From an uncultured cyanobacterium (GTDB lineage Bacteria; Cyanobacteriota; Cyanobacteriia; Pseudanabaenales; Pseudanabaenaceae), in assembly GCA_963703315.1 (NCBI GenBank), contig OY969811.1, positions 2,432,001 to 2,496,000 on the forward strand: 64,000 bases of DNA, given 5' to 3'. Both the position numbers and the translations under genes were made by a program. Shown in pieces: positions 40,278 to 49,145 of the stretch (its first letter is position 1; each line of letters begins with the position of its first letter). Under the pieces are notes generated by a model, which saw only the letters and a program-made list of their open reading frames with translations, was not told the DNA's origin and ran no database searches.

Positions 40278-43200
40278 TCATTCGTTTTTCTTAACCCGTT
40301 TTTTCTTCTCGACTTTGAGCAATGGCGCACTTAGGGCTTCATAGAGGCTAAATAAATACTCGATGCGGTTTAGTTCGCTAACAAAGGGCTGGGGACGATA
40401 GCAAAGGTCTACGGCTTTGTCTAGGGTTTGATGTGCTTTTACCAAGTCGGGCGGCATGGTAAGAGGATCATAAAGATCGGCGAGGCTGGATCTGACCTCC
40501 CCCTGCCCCTCCTTGCAAGGAGGGGAGTTAGACTCTAGCTCTTGTCTTCCGCTTAGCGAAAGTTTTTCTTGTTCCCCTCCTTGCAAGGAGGGGCTAGGGG
40601 AGGTGTATTTCTCGCGCACCGCCAAAACCAACCGCGCCGCATCTTCCACTTTTTGTTTTTGTTTGTCGCTTGCGTTTTCAGGGAATGGATAGTTGTTGTA
40701 AACGATAGTATTGGAATAGCGAAAACGACTTTCTAATCTTCCACAAACGTACTTAACCCAAGTCATGTGCATTTCAGAAGTGAGAACACCAAATAGATAA
40801 AAGCTAGAATCAGCAATAAAAGAGCAAAGATTGCTTGGCACTATAGTCTTATCAATAAATCCAAAAGGTACATATTTCCTATTCTCTGATGAAACTAATG
40901 GGACGATAATTGCGGAATCTGGATTATGCTTATCTCTGAAAGTTGTAGGATAGTCGGCTAAAAAGCGAGCTTGCTTATCAGGGCTTGCTAATCGTAGCTG
41001 TCTTACATTTTCAATCCTCTTCATCACCAAAGGCATTTTCTTTAATTCCTGTGGCTGTGCGTTAACTAGCCAAAGACACCATCGACTTTTGCCGTTGATA
41101 AACTCTTCTGAACCAATGAATTGCTTAAAATACTTAGCTGATAAAGGCTCTTCTTGAATAAATTGATATTTCTCTTGATCGGTAAAAATCAAGTTTCCAC
41201 CATCTATAGCCTTATTCCCAGCTAACATTGATGGGACATTACAAATCGGCTTAGTTCTTTTCAAAATCACTAAATCATTACCTTCAGTTAGATATGGATT
41301 AATATTTCTAACCTTTCTCTGTGTGGGTTCACCCTTAATATTTAGATAATCAAAGATTCTCTTATTTTCAACATCCTGCAAACCGAAGCCAATAATTACA
41401 CAATGCACAGCAGCATTAGCTTTAGCTTCATTACTCCAACTAAAAGTACGATGAGCAAAATGAATTTTAATCTTGTATTTATTGTAAAGCTCTTGCCAGA
41501 GAATCCCAACTTGTTCACCTTGAGAAATAGAACTCGTACTAACAAAAGCACATTTGACCTCCCCTAGCCCCTCCTTGGAAGGAGGGGAACAAGAATTTAG
41601 ATATTGAGCAGCTTTCAAGTACCAAGCGCAAACATAATCTAGTACACCAGCCCCATTTACCCCAGCAAAAATCATCTCCATATCTGACTTTTGCTCAACA
41701 CTTTGCAGATGCTTCCCTACAAAAGGCGGATTACCCAAAATATAATCAAATAATCCCCCACGTAACTCTTTCTCTTGTCCCCCTCCTTCCAAGGAGGGGC
41801 TAGGGGAGGTTCTTAAATGTTCCCTAATATCCTCCAGCACCCCATCTAAATTCTCGAAAATTAAATTGTTGGCATATCGCAAAACCGTAATCCCAACACC
41901 GCACAAAAATTCATCTCTAATCGCATCATATTCTTGACCCTCCTTCGTAAAATGTTGCCCGCCATCCAACTCGATCGCTAAATTAGCACTCGGACAAAAG
42001 AAATCCAAAATGTAATTACCAATCGAATGCTGTCTTCTAAACTTAAATCCATGCAATTGTTTGCCCTGCAATGCTTTCCACAAAGCCACCTCCGCAGGAG
42101 TTGCATTATTTCGCAACTCTCGTCGAAAATCTTTCTTACTTGCAAGATTACTAATCGCCTTATAAGGAACTTGATCGCCTAAATCTTCTTTTCCTCCTTT
42201 CAAGGAGGGGCTAGGGGAGGTCATACCCCTTTCTCCTTTCAAAGAAAAACTAGAAGAAGTTGTAGAGAACTTTGGAACCACCCCTAACCCCTCCTTTGAA
42301 GGAGGGGAACAAGATCTCCAATCAATCCGCAACGAATTACCATGCACAATCTTCGCCGACTTCTTCAACGGCAACCGCACAAAATACTGCCCAAACTCAT
42401 TACTCACCTTCACATTCATCTGATGGTCGATCAACCACATCGCCACCTCAGCAACCCGCACCGCAAACTCATCATACTCAATCCCCGCAAACTGATCCAC
42501 ATCCACCTGAATAAACAACCGCACATCCAGAAAACTCTTGTGCTTTCTGTACAACTCCTTTAAAATTTCAAGCTCTAAATCTCGCAACTCCCGATAAGTA
42601 ATAATCAAGAAATTGCCACAACCACAAGCAGGATCGAGAAAATGCAAATTTGCAATCTTTTCATGTAACTCCTCTAGCTTGCCCTTACTCCCCTTCGCTT
42701 TCTCAAACTCAACATACAAATCATCCAAAAAAAGCGGTCTAATCAACTTTTGAATATTCTTCTCAGAAGTATAATGCGCCCCCAAATTTCGCCGTTCCGT
42801 CTGATTCATCACCGCCTGAAACATCGACCCAAAAATTGCAGGCGAAATCTTACCCCAATCAAACGCACAAGCTTTTAACAATATTTCACGCATCCCACTG
42901 TCAAACGACGCAGGCTGCAAAGGCTCCGCAAATAGCTTCCCATTCACATAGGGAAACTGTGTCAGATTCTCATCTAAATTTTTTAATCGCCGATCAGGTG
43001 GCGTATTCAATACATGAAAAATCGAAGCAATATGCATCGCCAAATCGCTACCATCTTCCTTAGTATGGCGATCGACATATTCCCAGAAAATCCCCTTATT
43101 AAAAATGCTCGTATCATCGGCAAACAGACAAAATAACAGCCGTACCAGATAGACCTCTAAATCATGCCCACTATAGCCAATCTCCTTGAGGCGATCGTGC

Positions 43201-43700
43201 AGTTCCCCCATCAATTCCGCAGCTTTAATATTGACAGGATCTTCATCCTTATAAACCCGTTTCTCATATCCCGCCATAAAGCCGAATAGATGCACATGGT
43301 CTACAAAACCCTTTAGCTCAAACTCTTTAGTCTCATCCGTATCCAAATCATAGAGTCTGAATTTCTGAAAATCCGACACCAAAATATACTTGGGTAACTC
43401 ATGCTCCTTTAAATTAGGGAAATAATCCTTAGCCTGTTGTGTCGCCTTGTCCAAGTCCTTGCCCCTAGACTTATGCTCCACCAAAATCGTCCCCTTCCAC
43501 AGCAAATCAATAAACCCCTGTTTGTTATCCGCCTTTTTAATCGGTAGCTCAAAACTCCCCACCCGCCGCCGTGAAATGCCAAACACATTAAAAAAATCAT
43601 TCCAAAAAGATTGAGACTCTGACTTCTCTGAAGTTTCACTTTCCCACTCCTTAGAAAAGGCGATCGCTCTTTGCTTAATCTCATTCCAACTTAGCGGCAT
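40278..43700 (-). CDS. MmeI-like type IIL restriction-modification enzyme with inserted DUF559 endonuclease domain
   Basis: N-terminal PD-(D/E)xK (FIDLLW...VEHKS), GAHYTSE, motif I DPACGCGNF, motif IV GNPPF, C-terminal SLADLYDPLTMP; ~189-aa insert between RIDW and FDYILGNPPF. Confidence 0.9.
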   Translation of the reverse strand: MPLSWNEIKQRAIAFSKEWESETSEKSESQSFWNDFFNVFGISRRRVGSFELPIKKADNKQGFIDLLWKGTILVEHKSRGKDLDKATQQAKDYFPNLKEHELPKYILVSDFQKFRLYDLDTDETKEFELKGFVDHVHLFGFMAGYEKRVYKDEDPVNIKAAELMGELHDRLKEIGYSGHDLEVYLVRLLFCLFADDTSIFNKGIFWEYVDRHTKEDGSDLAMHIASIFHVLNTPPDRRLKNLDENLTQFPYVNGKLFAEPLQPASFDSGMREILLKACAFDWGKISPAIFGSMFQAVMNQTERRNLGAHYTSEKNIQKLIRPLFLDDLYVEFEKAKGSKGKLEELHEKIANLHFLDPACGCGNFLIITYRELRDLELEILKELYRKHKSFLDVRLFIQVDVDQFAGIEYDEFAVRVAEVAMWLIDHQMNVKVSNEFGQYFVRLPLKKSAKIVHGNSLRIDWRSCSPPSKEGLGVVPKFSTTSSSFSLKGERGMTSPSPSLKGGKEDLGDQVPYKAISNLASKKDFRRELRNNATPAEVALWKALQGKQLHGFKFRRQHSIGNYILDFFCPSANLAIELDGGQHFTKEGQEYDAIRDEFLCGVGITVLRYANNLIFENLDGVLEDIREHLRTSPSPSLEGGGQEKELRGGLFDYILGNPPFVGKHLQSVEQKSDMEMIFAGVNGAGVLDYVCAWYLKAAQYLNSCSPPSKEGLGEVKCAFVSTSSISQGEQVGILWQELYNKYKIKIHFAHRTFSWSNEAKANAAVHCVIIGFGLQDVENKRIFDYLNIKGEPTQRKVRNINPYLTEGNDLVILKRTKPICNVPSMLAGNKAIDGGNLIFTDQEKYQFIQEEPLSAKYFKQFIGSEEFINGKSRWCLWLVNAQPQELKKMPLVMKRIENVRQLRLASPDKQARFLADYPTTFRDKHNPDSAIIVPLVSSENRKYVPFGFIDKTIVPSNLCSFIADSSFYLFGVLTSEMHMTWVKYVCGRLESRFRYSNTIVYNNYPFPENASDKQKQKVEDAARLVLAVREKYTSPSPSLQGGEQEKLSLSGRQELESNSPPCKEGQGEVRSSLADLYDPLTMPPDLVKAHQTLDKAVDLCYRPQPFVSELNRIEYLFSLYEALSAPLLKVEKKKRVKKNE
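40495..42314. repeat. About seven copies of a ~35-bp palindromic repeat (ACCTCCCCTAGCCCCTCCTT-nn-AAGGAGGGGA) in both orientations, all in frame
   Basis: Copies at 40495-40527, 40572-40604, 41557-41594, 41773-41810, 42191-42221, 42226-42260 (degenerate), 42277-42314. Confidence 0.9.
41811..42150 (-). other. DUF559 (Vsr-like PD-(D/E)xK) endonuclease domain inside the MTase domain
   Basis: RRELRNNATPAEVALWKAL...FKFRRQHSIGNYILDFFC...LAIELDGGQH...D..RD..L...GITVLRY.N. Confidence 0.88.
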
Positions 43701-43913
43701 ATCTGAAAATGTTACGGCATAATTTTAGTTAATATTTACACTAACATTTATTTCGTAAACTTATCTATAATTAACTTTAGGAAAGGAAACAATAGGAAAA
43801 TTGCGATCGCCTTCGTTCTTTAATCTCTGATAAAAAACAAGAATTTGAAAAATCTCTCTCTATTTAATCCAGAGTAAAATCGTCTTAACCTATTCAACAA
43901 GGAATATCTAAAT

Positions 43914-44141
43914 ATGCTACTACAACGCATCACCATAGACTGGAATATCTGTCATGGTAAACCCTGCATCAGAGGTTTGCGATATCCAGTCGAGATGATC
44001 TTAGAACTCCTCAGTTCAGGCATGACCACCGAAGAAATACTAGAAGACTATGAAGATCTAGAGCGAGATGATATTTTTGCAGTCCTAGCCTATGCCACAA
44101 AACTTAGCCAAGTAAAAAGCATCCACAAGGTTCTCGCATGA
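43914..44141 (+). CDS. DUF433 antitoxin-like protein
   Basis: RITID..ICHGKPCIRGLRYPV..ILELL..G.T.EEILEDY.DL. Confidence 0.88.
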   Translation: MLLQRITIDWNICHGKPCIRGLRYPVEMILELLSSGMTTEEILEDYEDLERDDIFAVLAYATKLSQVKSIHKVLA

Positions 44142-44491
44142 AATTTCTCATTGATGCTCAATTACCCGTGCGATTATCCCATCTTTTAAAATCAATGGGA
44201 CATGATGCAATCCATACCAAAGAATTAGCCCTCAAAAATGCCACACCAGACACGGAAATTAATACACTCTCAATTTGTGAACAGAGAATTGTCATTACCA
44301 AAGATTCTGATTTTTGGGATTCTTTTTATGTTAGTCAAGAACCTTATAAACTTCTGCTAGTGACCACAGGAAATATTAGCAACAAAGAATTAGAATCTTT
44401 GTTTGTTAAAAATTTAGAACAATTAGTTAATTTGCTAGAGCAACATTATTTGATTGAAATGTCACGAGATTCAGTCATCGTTCATCAGTAA
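44138..44491 (+). CDS. DUF5615 PIN-like toxin
   Basis: MKFLIDAQLP, D..I, RIVITKDSDF; ATGA overlap with DUF433. Confidence 0.85.
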   Translation: MKFLIDAQLPVRLSHLLKSMGHDAIHTKELALKNATPDTEINTLSICEQRIVITKDSDFWDSFYVSQEPYKLLLVTTGNISNKELESLFVKNLEQLVNLLEQHYLIEMSRDSVIVHQ

Positions 44492-44597
44492 ATCGATAAC
44501 ATGTATCAAATAAGTAGTAAATACATAGCGGTTGACTAATTTCTCTGATTTCTAGCAAAAACAAAAATTTGAAAACACTTTAAGGAGATAAACAACC

Positions 44598-44819
44598 ATG
44601 CTCAAAAGTTATGAAGCGACCTATGAAAATGGACAAATTAAATGGCTTTCCGAACAGCCAGAAATTACCTCAGCACGAATTATCGTAACCATCCTCGAAG
44701 AAACTAAACCCCAAATAAAACACCGTTTTCCCATCCCTGACATGGCTGGTAAAGGCAGAACATTAGGTGATATCGTCAGTCCCATTGTTGATGAAGAGGA
44801 TTGGGAATGTCTGAAATAA
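44598..44819 (+). CDS. Antitoxin-like small protein
   Basis: MLKSYEATYENGQIKW...GDIVSPI...DW; overlaps start of PIN gene. Confidence 0.7.
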   Translation: MLKSYEATYENGQIKWLSEQPEITSARIIVTILEETKPQIKHRFPIPDMAGKGRTLGDIVSPIVDEEDWECLK

Positions 44820-45315
44820 TTGTACTCGATACCCATATTTGGTTTTGGCTAATCAACTCAGACTTTGATCGATTTCCCACATCTTGGCTAGAGCGCTTTG
44901 AGTTAGCCGAGATATTAGCGATATCTCCTCTATTTGGTTTTGGCTAATCAACTCAGACTTTGATCGATTTCCCACATCTTGGCTAGAGCGCTTTGAGTTA
45001 GCCGAGATATTAGCGGTATCTCCTCTATCTTGCTATGAGATTGCCTTAGCCCAAAGTCGAGGTAGATTAGAACTAACCTGTTCATCCGAAGAGTGGTTTA
45101 GCAGAGCATTAGCGCCTGCCAAAATTGAACTATTTCCACTAACTCCCGCAATTACAGTCAGAGCCGTAAACCTATCACCCATCCACAAAGATCCCTTCGA
45201 TCGCCTAATCATTGCCACTGCCTTAGAATATGGCGCAAAACTTGCCAGTGTTGACAGCCTATTTTCTAAATATCCTGAATTAGAAAATCATCTCATCGTA
45301 TCGTCCATAGGATAA
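44807..45315 (+). pseudogene. vapC: VapC/PIN toxin frameshifted by a 95-bp tandem duplication
   Basis: IVLDTHIWFW...SCYEIA...HKDPFDRLIIATA...LASVD; duplication 44836-44930 / 44931-45025 gives a stop at 44945-44947; removing one unit restores 137 aa. Confidence 0.88.
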
Positions 45316-45371
45316 TGATAGGCAGCGCGGAGTGTCACCTATTATTTAAAGAACTTGGGAGATGAGGATCG

Positions 45372-46073
45372 GTGTTAGATATTAATAATCTTAGTGTTAA
45401 CTATGGCGGCATTCAGGCTCTACAGGAAATCAATTTGACTGTTAATGAGGGTGAAATCGTCACTTTAATTGGGGCAAATGGTGCAGGTAAAACGACCACT
45501 TTACGCACTATTTCACAATTGGTATCGCCGCGATCGGGACAAATTATTTATAACGGCAAAAATGTTACAAACTTGCGACCAGATCAAATAGTGCAAGCTG
45601 GTATTGCTCATAGTCCAGAGGGGCGGAGAGTCTTAGCAAGACAAACAGTGTTAGATAATTTGGAACTCGGTGCTTTTTTACGCAGCGATCGCTGGGGAAT
45701 TAAAGCCGATATTGAAAAGCAATTTCAGATTTTTCCGCGCCTCGGTGAGCGTCGCGATCAACTAGCAGGAACTCTAAGCGGCGGTGAACAGCAAATGCTC
45801 GCGATCGCCCGTGCCGTCATGAGTCGCCCCAAATTATTATTGCTTGATGAGCCAAGCTTAGGCTTAGCACCGCAAATCGTCAGAGAAATTTTTAAAACTA
45901 TTGTGAATCTCAATCAATCTGGAGTCACGATTTTATTAGTTGAGCAGAATGCCACCTTAGCTTTACAGCACGCTAATCGTGGTTACGTGATGGAGTCTGG
46001 AGTTGTCACCATTGAGGGGCAAGCATCGGACTTACTAGTTGATGAAAGAGTCCGTCAAGCCTATTTAGGATAA
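45372..46073 (+). CDS. livF: Branched-chain/neutral amino acid ABC transporter ATP-binding protein
   Basis: GANGAGKT, PEGRRV, LSGGEQQMLAI, DEPSLGLAP, VEQNA. Confidence 0.9.
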   Translation: MLDINNLSVNYGGIQALQEINLTVNEGEIVTLIGANGAGKTTTLRTISQLVSPRSGQIIYNGKNVTNLRPDQIVQAGIAHSPEGRRVLARQTVLDNLELGAFLRSDRWGIKADIEKQFQIFPRLGERRDQLAGTLSGGEQQMLAIARAVMSRPKLLLLDEPSLGLAPQIVREIFKTIVNLNQSGVTILLVEQNATLALQHANRGYVMESGVVTIEGQASDLLVDERVRQAYLG

Positions 46074-46169
46074 ATGGCTCTTTAAAGAAAACTTTTCTCG
46101 AATTTACGTTTTAACCAACACTTTTAGCGCACAATTTTAAAAGATACCTAGCGCGTCACATTGTTCCGT

Positions 46170-47264
46170 ATGATTGATACCCTCAATAAACTTCCTCGTT
46201 GGTTTTCAATTGGCTTAACTTTTCCATTGATTTTCCTCAACGGCTGGTTACTGCTAATACTCTGCCGAGAATTGCAACCATTAATCAGTATCCTCATTAC
46301 AGCAACAATTATTTCGTTTTTGCTAGATTATCCAATCCGCTTTCTCAACCAATTGGGTGTAAAGCGTGGTATTGCCGCAGGATTGGTAATTCTTATATTT
46401 TTCATGCTGTTGGGGACATTAGCGATTTTTCTTGTGCCTTTAATTTTGGCACAGGCAAATGAACTCCTTGTACGCTTGCCTGACTGGATTAAGTCTGGTC
46501 AAGAACAACTGCAAATTTTTGAAACTTGGGCGATCGCTCAGCAATTACCGATCGATATTAGTAGCACCTTTAATCAACTCATCGAAAAACTCACAGGAGT
46601 CCTACGATCGCTCACTAGTCAACTTTTTGGCATCGTATTTGGGGCGATCGGCAGTCTTGTCAATGTATTTTTGACCTTAGTATTTTCCATTTTTCTAGTC
46701 TTAAATGGCGAATATCTTTGGAATGGTTTCTTAAGTTGGTTGCCGCAGAAATGGAATGAGCAGGTTCGCCATTTACTTCCCCGCAATTTTGAGCGCTTTA
46801 TCGTTGGACAAGTGACACTGGCAACGATTCTGGGCATTTCTCAAACTACAGCCCTGTTGATTTTAGGTGTTCCCCTCGCTCAACTTTTTGGCTTTGGGAT
46901 TGGTATTGCGAGTTTGATTCCCCTTGGTGGCTCTACATCGATTATTACCATCAGCCTCTTACTAGCCTTACAAAACTTTTGGTTAGGGGTGAAGGTGCTA
47001 ATGGTAGCAGTAGCAGTCATTCAAGTAGTGGAGAATGTACTTGGTCCTCGCATTGTCGGTGGACTGACGGGGGTAAATCCTGTCTGGATGCTAATTTCTC
47101 TGGATATTGGCTTTAAGTTAAATGGAGTTTTAGGTTTATTAGTTGCCGTACCGATCGCAGGTTTTATCAAAGGTACTTTTGATACAATTCGCGGTGTGAA
47201 TAAACAGGCAGAAACACCACCTGAAGCGATCGCTGAAGTCCATACTGAAGTATCGATTAAATAA
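46170..47264 (+). CDS. AI-2E family transporter
   Basis: About 8 TM; FLLDYP, ENVLGPRIVG..TGVNPVW, GLLVAVP. Confidence 0.85.
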   Translation: MIDTLNKLPRWFSIGLTFPLIFLNGWLLLILCRELQPLISILITATIISFLLDYPIRFLNQLGVKRGIAAGLVILIFFMLLGTLAIFLVPLILAQANELLVRLPDWIKSGQEQLQIFETWAIAQQLPIDISSTFNQLIEKLTGVLRSLTSQLFGIVFGAIGSLVNVFLTLVFSIFLVLNGEYLWNGFLSWLPQKWNEQVRHLLPRNFERFIVGQVTLATILGISQTTALLILGVPLAQLFGFGIGIASLIPLGGSTSIITISLLLALQNFWLGVKVLMVAVAVIQVVENVLGPRIVGGLTGVNPVWMLISLDIGFKLNGVLGLLVAVPIAGFIKGTFDTIRGVNKQAETPPEAIAEVHTEVSIK

Positions 47265-47302
47265 TCGATTAAATAAATGATGTGCTACAAAAATCTCTTG
47301 TC

Positions 47303-48058
47303 TTAGGCGATCGCAATTCCCGACCATTGTATTTGTGGCGCTCTGGGATGTGGATGCGGATTTCTGAGAGAATAGCGCCGATAGGAAAAGAAGATTTCCT
47401 CATGCTGCAAAGTGCAGTAAGGGGCGATCGCCACATTTTCTGGAGATATCCCCAATTCCTGTAGCTGTTGTAATTGGACTTGGCGCAAATCCAGTTTGAC
47501 TCTTTCGGGATGCTCATCGGGATGTAAACCCACTGATTGACTGATAGTTGCGGTTACCTGCTGGGCAACATCTTGCGATACTTGATAGGCTTTGCCTGAA
47601 ATCGCAGGACCAAGCGCCACTCGTAAATCTTTTAACTCACTACCCTGATCGCATAATGTCGCGATCGCCTTAGTGACGATTCCTGATGCCGTACCCCGCC
47701 AACCTGCATGGACAGCCGCCACTGAGCCTAACTTGCGATCGCCAATCAATACAGGCACACAATCGGCAGTACAGACCCAAACCGAACGGCTACTATTATT
47801 CTGGTGGTCTTTGGTTGCCCATACACCATCAGCTTCGGGTAAGGGTTTGTTAGTATCGGTGGCAATTTCATCGGCATGGACTAAGCGATTACCATGTACC
47901 TGCTTGACACGATAGGCTTTGCCAGAATTAGCAAGTTGATGATGCAGATCGGTTGGTAGTTTAGGAGCGTGCGATCGCGTAAAAAATCCATGTTGCCAGT
48001 CAGCCAATAGCTCACACGTTAGGACACCATTTCGCCATTGCCATTGATTTGCATTCAT
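47303..48058 (-). CDS. pgeF: Peptidoglycan editing factor PgeF (YfiH family)
   Basis: QVHG, TADCVPVL, VHAGWRG, GPAISG..Y, FFSYRR. Confidence 0.9.
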   Translation of the reverse strand: MNANQWQWRNGVLTCELLADWQHGFFTRSHAPKLPTDLHHQLANSGKAYRVKQVHGNRLVHADEIATDTNKPLPEADGVWATKDHQNNSSRSVWVCTADCVPVLIGDRKLGSVAAVHAGWRGTASGIVTKAIATLCDQGSELKDLRVALGPAISGKAYQVSQDVAQQVTATISQSVGLHPDEHPERVKLDLRQVQLQQLQELGISPENVAIAPYCTLQHEEIFFSYRRYSLRNPHPHPRAPQIQWSGIAIA

Positions 48059-48169
48059 TGATTTAGAGTCTTGAAATTAATGATTATTCAATAGCTTTGA
48101 TCCTAACTCAAAAAAAAGAAGTATGAAAAGTTGCGGCGCAAAGTGGCTCAACTTTTCATACTTACTCAG

Positions 48170-48946
48170 TCAACGATGTAACTGTACAGTTCTTGCATTA
48201 ATGGGCTGAAGAGGACGTGCATCAACTTGATAGATTTTGGCAAATGTTTCAATCTGTTCCTCAGAAGCAGTAATTGGTTCTACAAATAGATTCCATTTCA
48301 CACCTTCGCTGCATGGTGGAGTCGTCAAAGACCCACTGTAGCTATAGTAAGCTTTATTATTAGGTAAAAAACCAGATGCATTAATCAGGTGATCGCTCAC
48401 TTTGTTAGTGACTCCAACATCAGGAATCTGCTTCCAGATCTCCTCAATTAATAGATTCTTTTGACCTTCGTTGATCAGGACTCCTACGACTGCAAGTTTT
48501 CCTGCGGCATTACTATGCACTAAATGGAGTTCCAATGCAGAAGCTTTGTCGTTGATTTGATGTTCGCTCGGAGTATGAAAATGGAACTGAACTAATGAAT
48601 ACTCCTCACCATTAATACTTACTGTACTACCTTGCTCATAGTTCACTTGAATAGTATGACCATTATTGACAATATTTAGAGGCGAAGGTTTGTAGTCAAA
48701 GGTAATGTTTGCAGGAGCGCCTTGCACTGCATTTTTTATATCGATCGGCGATTGATTTTTACCTAATTCACACTGGGCAAAATCCTTGGTGAGCTTCCCC
48801 CATTGAGTAGGATTTTCTGCACCTCCATAGCTCCAATGAGTAGTCCCTGAAGCGGCTAAAACAGGTATTGACAGGAATAATGTTGCCATAACAATTATTA
48901 GTACTAATCCTATCTTCTTAAAAAGACTGTGATTGAGTGTATTCAT
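48170..48946 (-). CDS. Alpha-class carbonic anhydrase, secreted
   Basis: Signal peptide; HWSY, QSPIDI, NNGHT, QFHFH, ELHLVH, GSLTTPPCSEGV; start at MNTLNH. Confidence 0.93.
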   Translation of the reverse strand: MNTLNHSLFKKIGLVLIIVMATLFLSIPVLAASGTTHWSYGGAENPTQWGKLTKDFAQCELGKNQSPIDIKNAVQGAPANITFDYKPSPLNIVNNGHTIQVNYEQGSTVSINGEEYSLVQFHFHTPSEHQINDKASALELHLVHSNAAGKLAVVGVLINEGQKNLLIEEIWKQIPDVGVTNKVSDHLINASGFLPNNKAYYSYSGSLTTPPCSEGVKWNLFVEPITASEEQIETFAKIYQVDARPLQPINARTVQLHR

Positions 48947-49089
48947 ATAAGTATTCAATCCTTCCCTAAATTTAAGTAAATATACAGCACTTTGTAATTT
49001 GCTTAGGATTTCGTATGAATAATTAAAATTTGCTAGTGTCAAGAATTATTCGCGTTCCAGACGATCCCCATGTAAATACTGTCTTTTTG

Positions 49090-49141
49090 GATATTAAAAA
49101 AAGAAATGACGTGCTTGCACGTCATTTCTTTTTTTAATATC
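49090..49141. terminator. Long perfect hairpin / terminator
   Basis: gatattaaaaaaagaaatgacgtgc-tt-gcacgtcatttctttttttaatatc. Confidence 0.65.
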
Positions 49142-49145
49142 AAGA

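Noticed and set aside
41751..42317. Intein or group I/II intron in the R-M gene
   Set aside because: No Hint motifs or His-Asn terminus; insertion is in frame and too short for a self-splicing intron core
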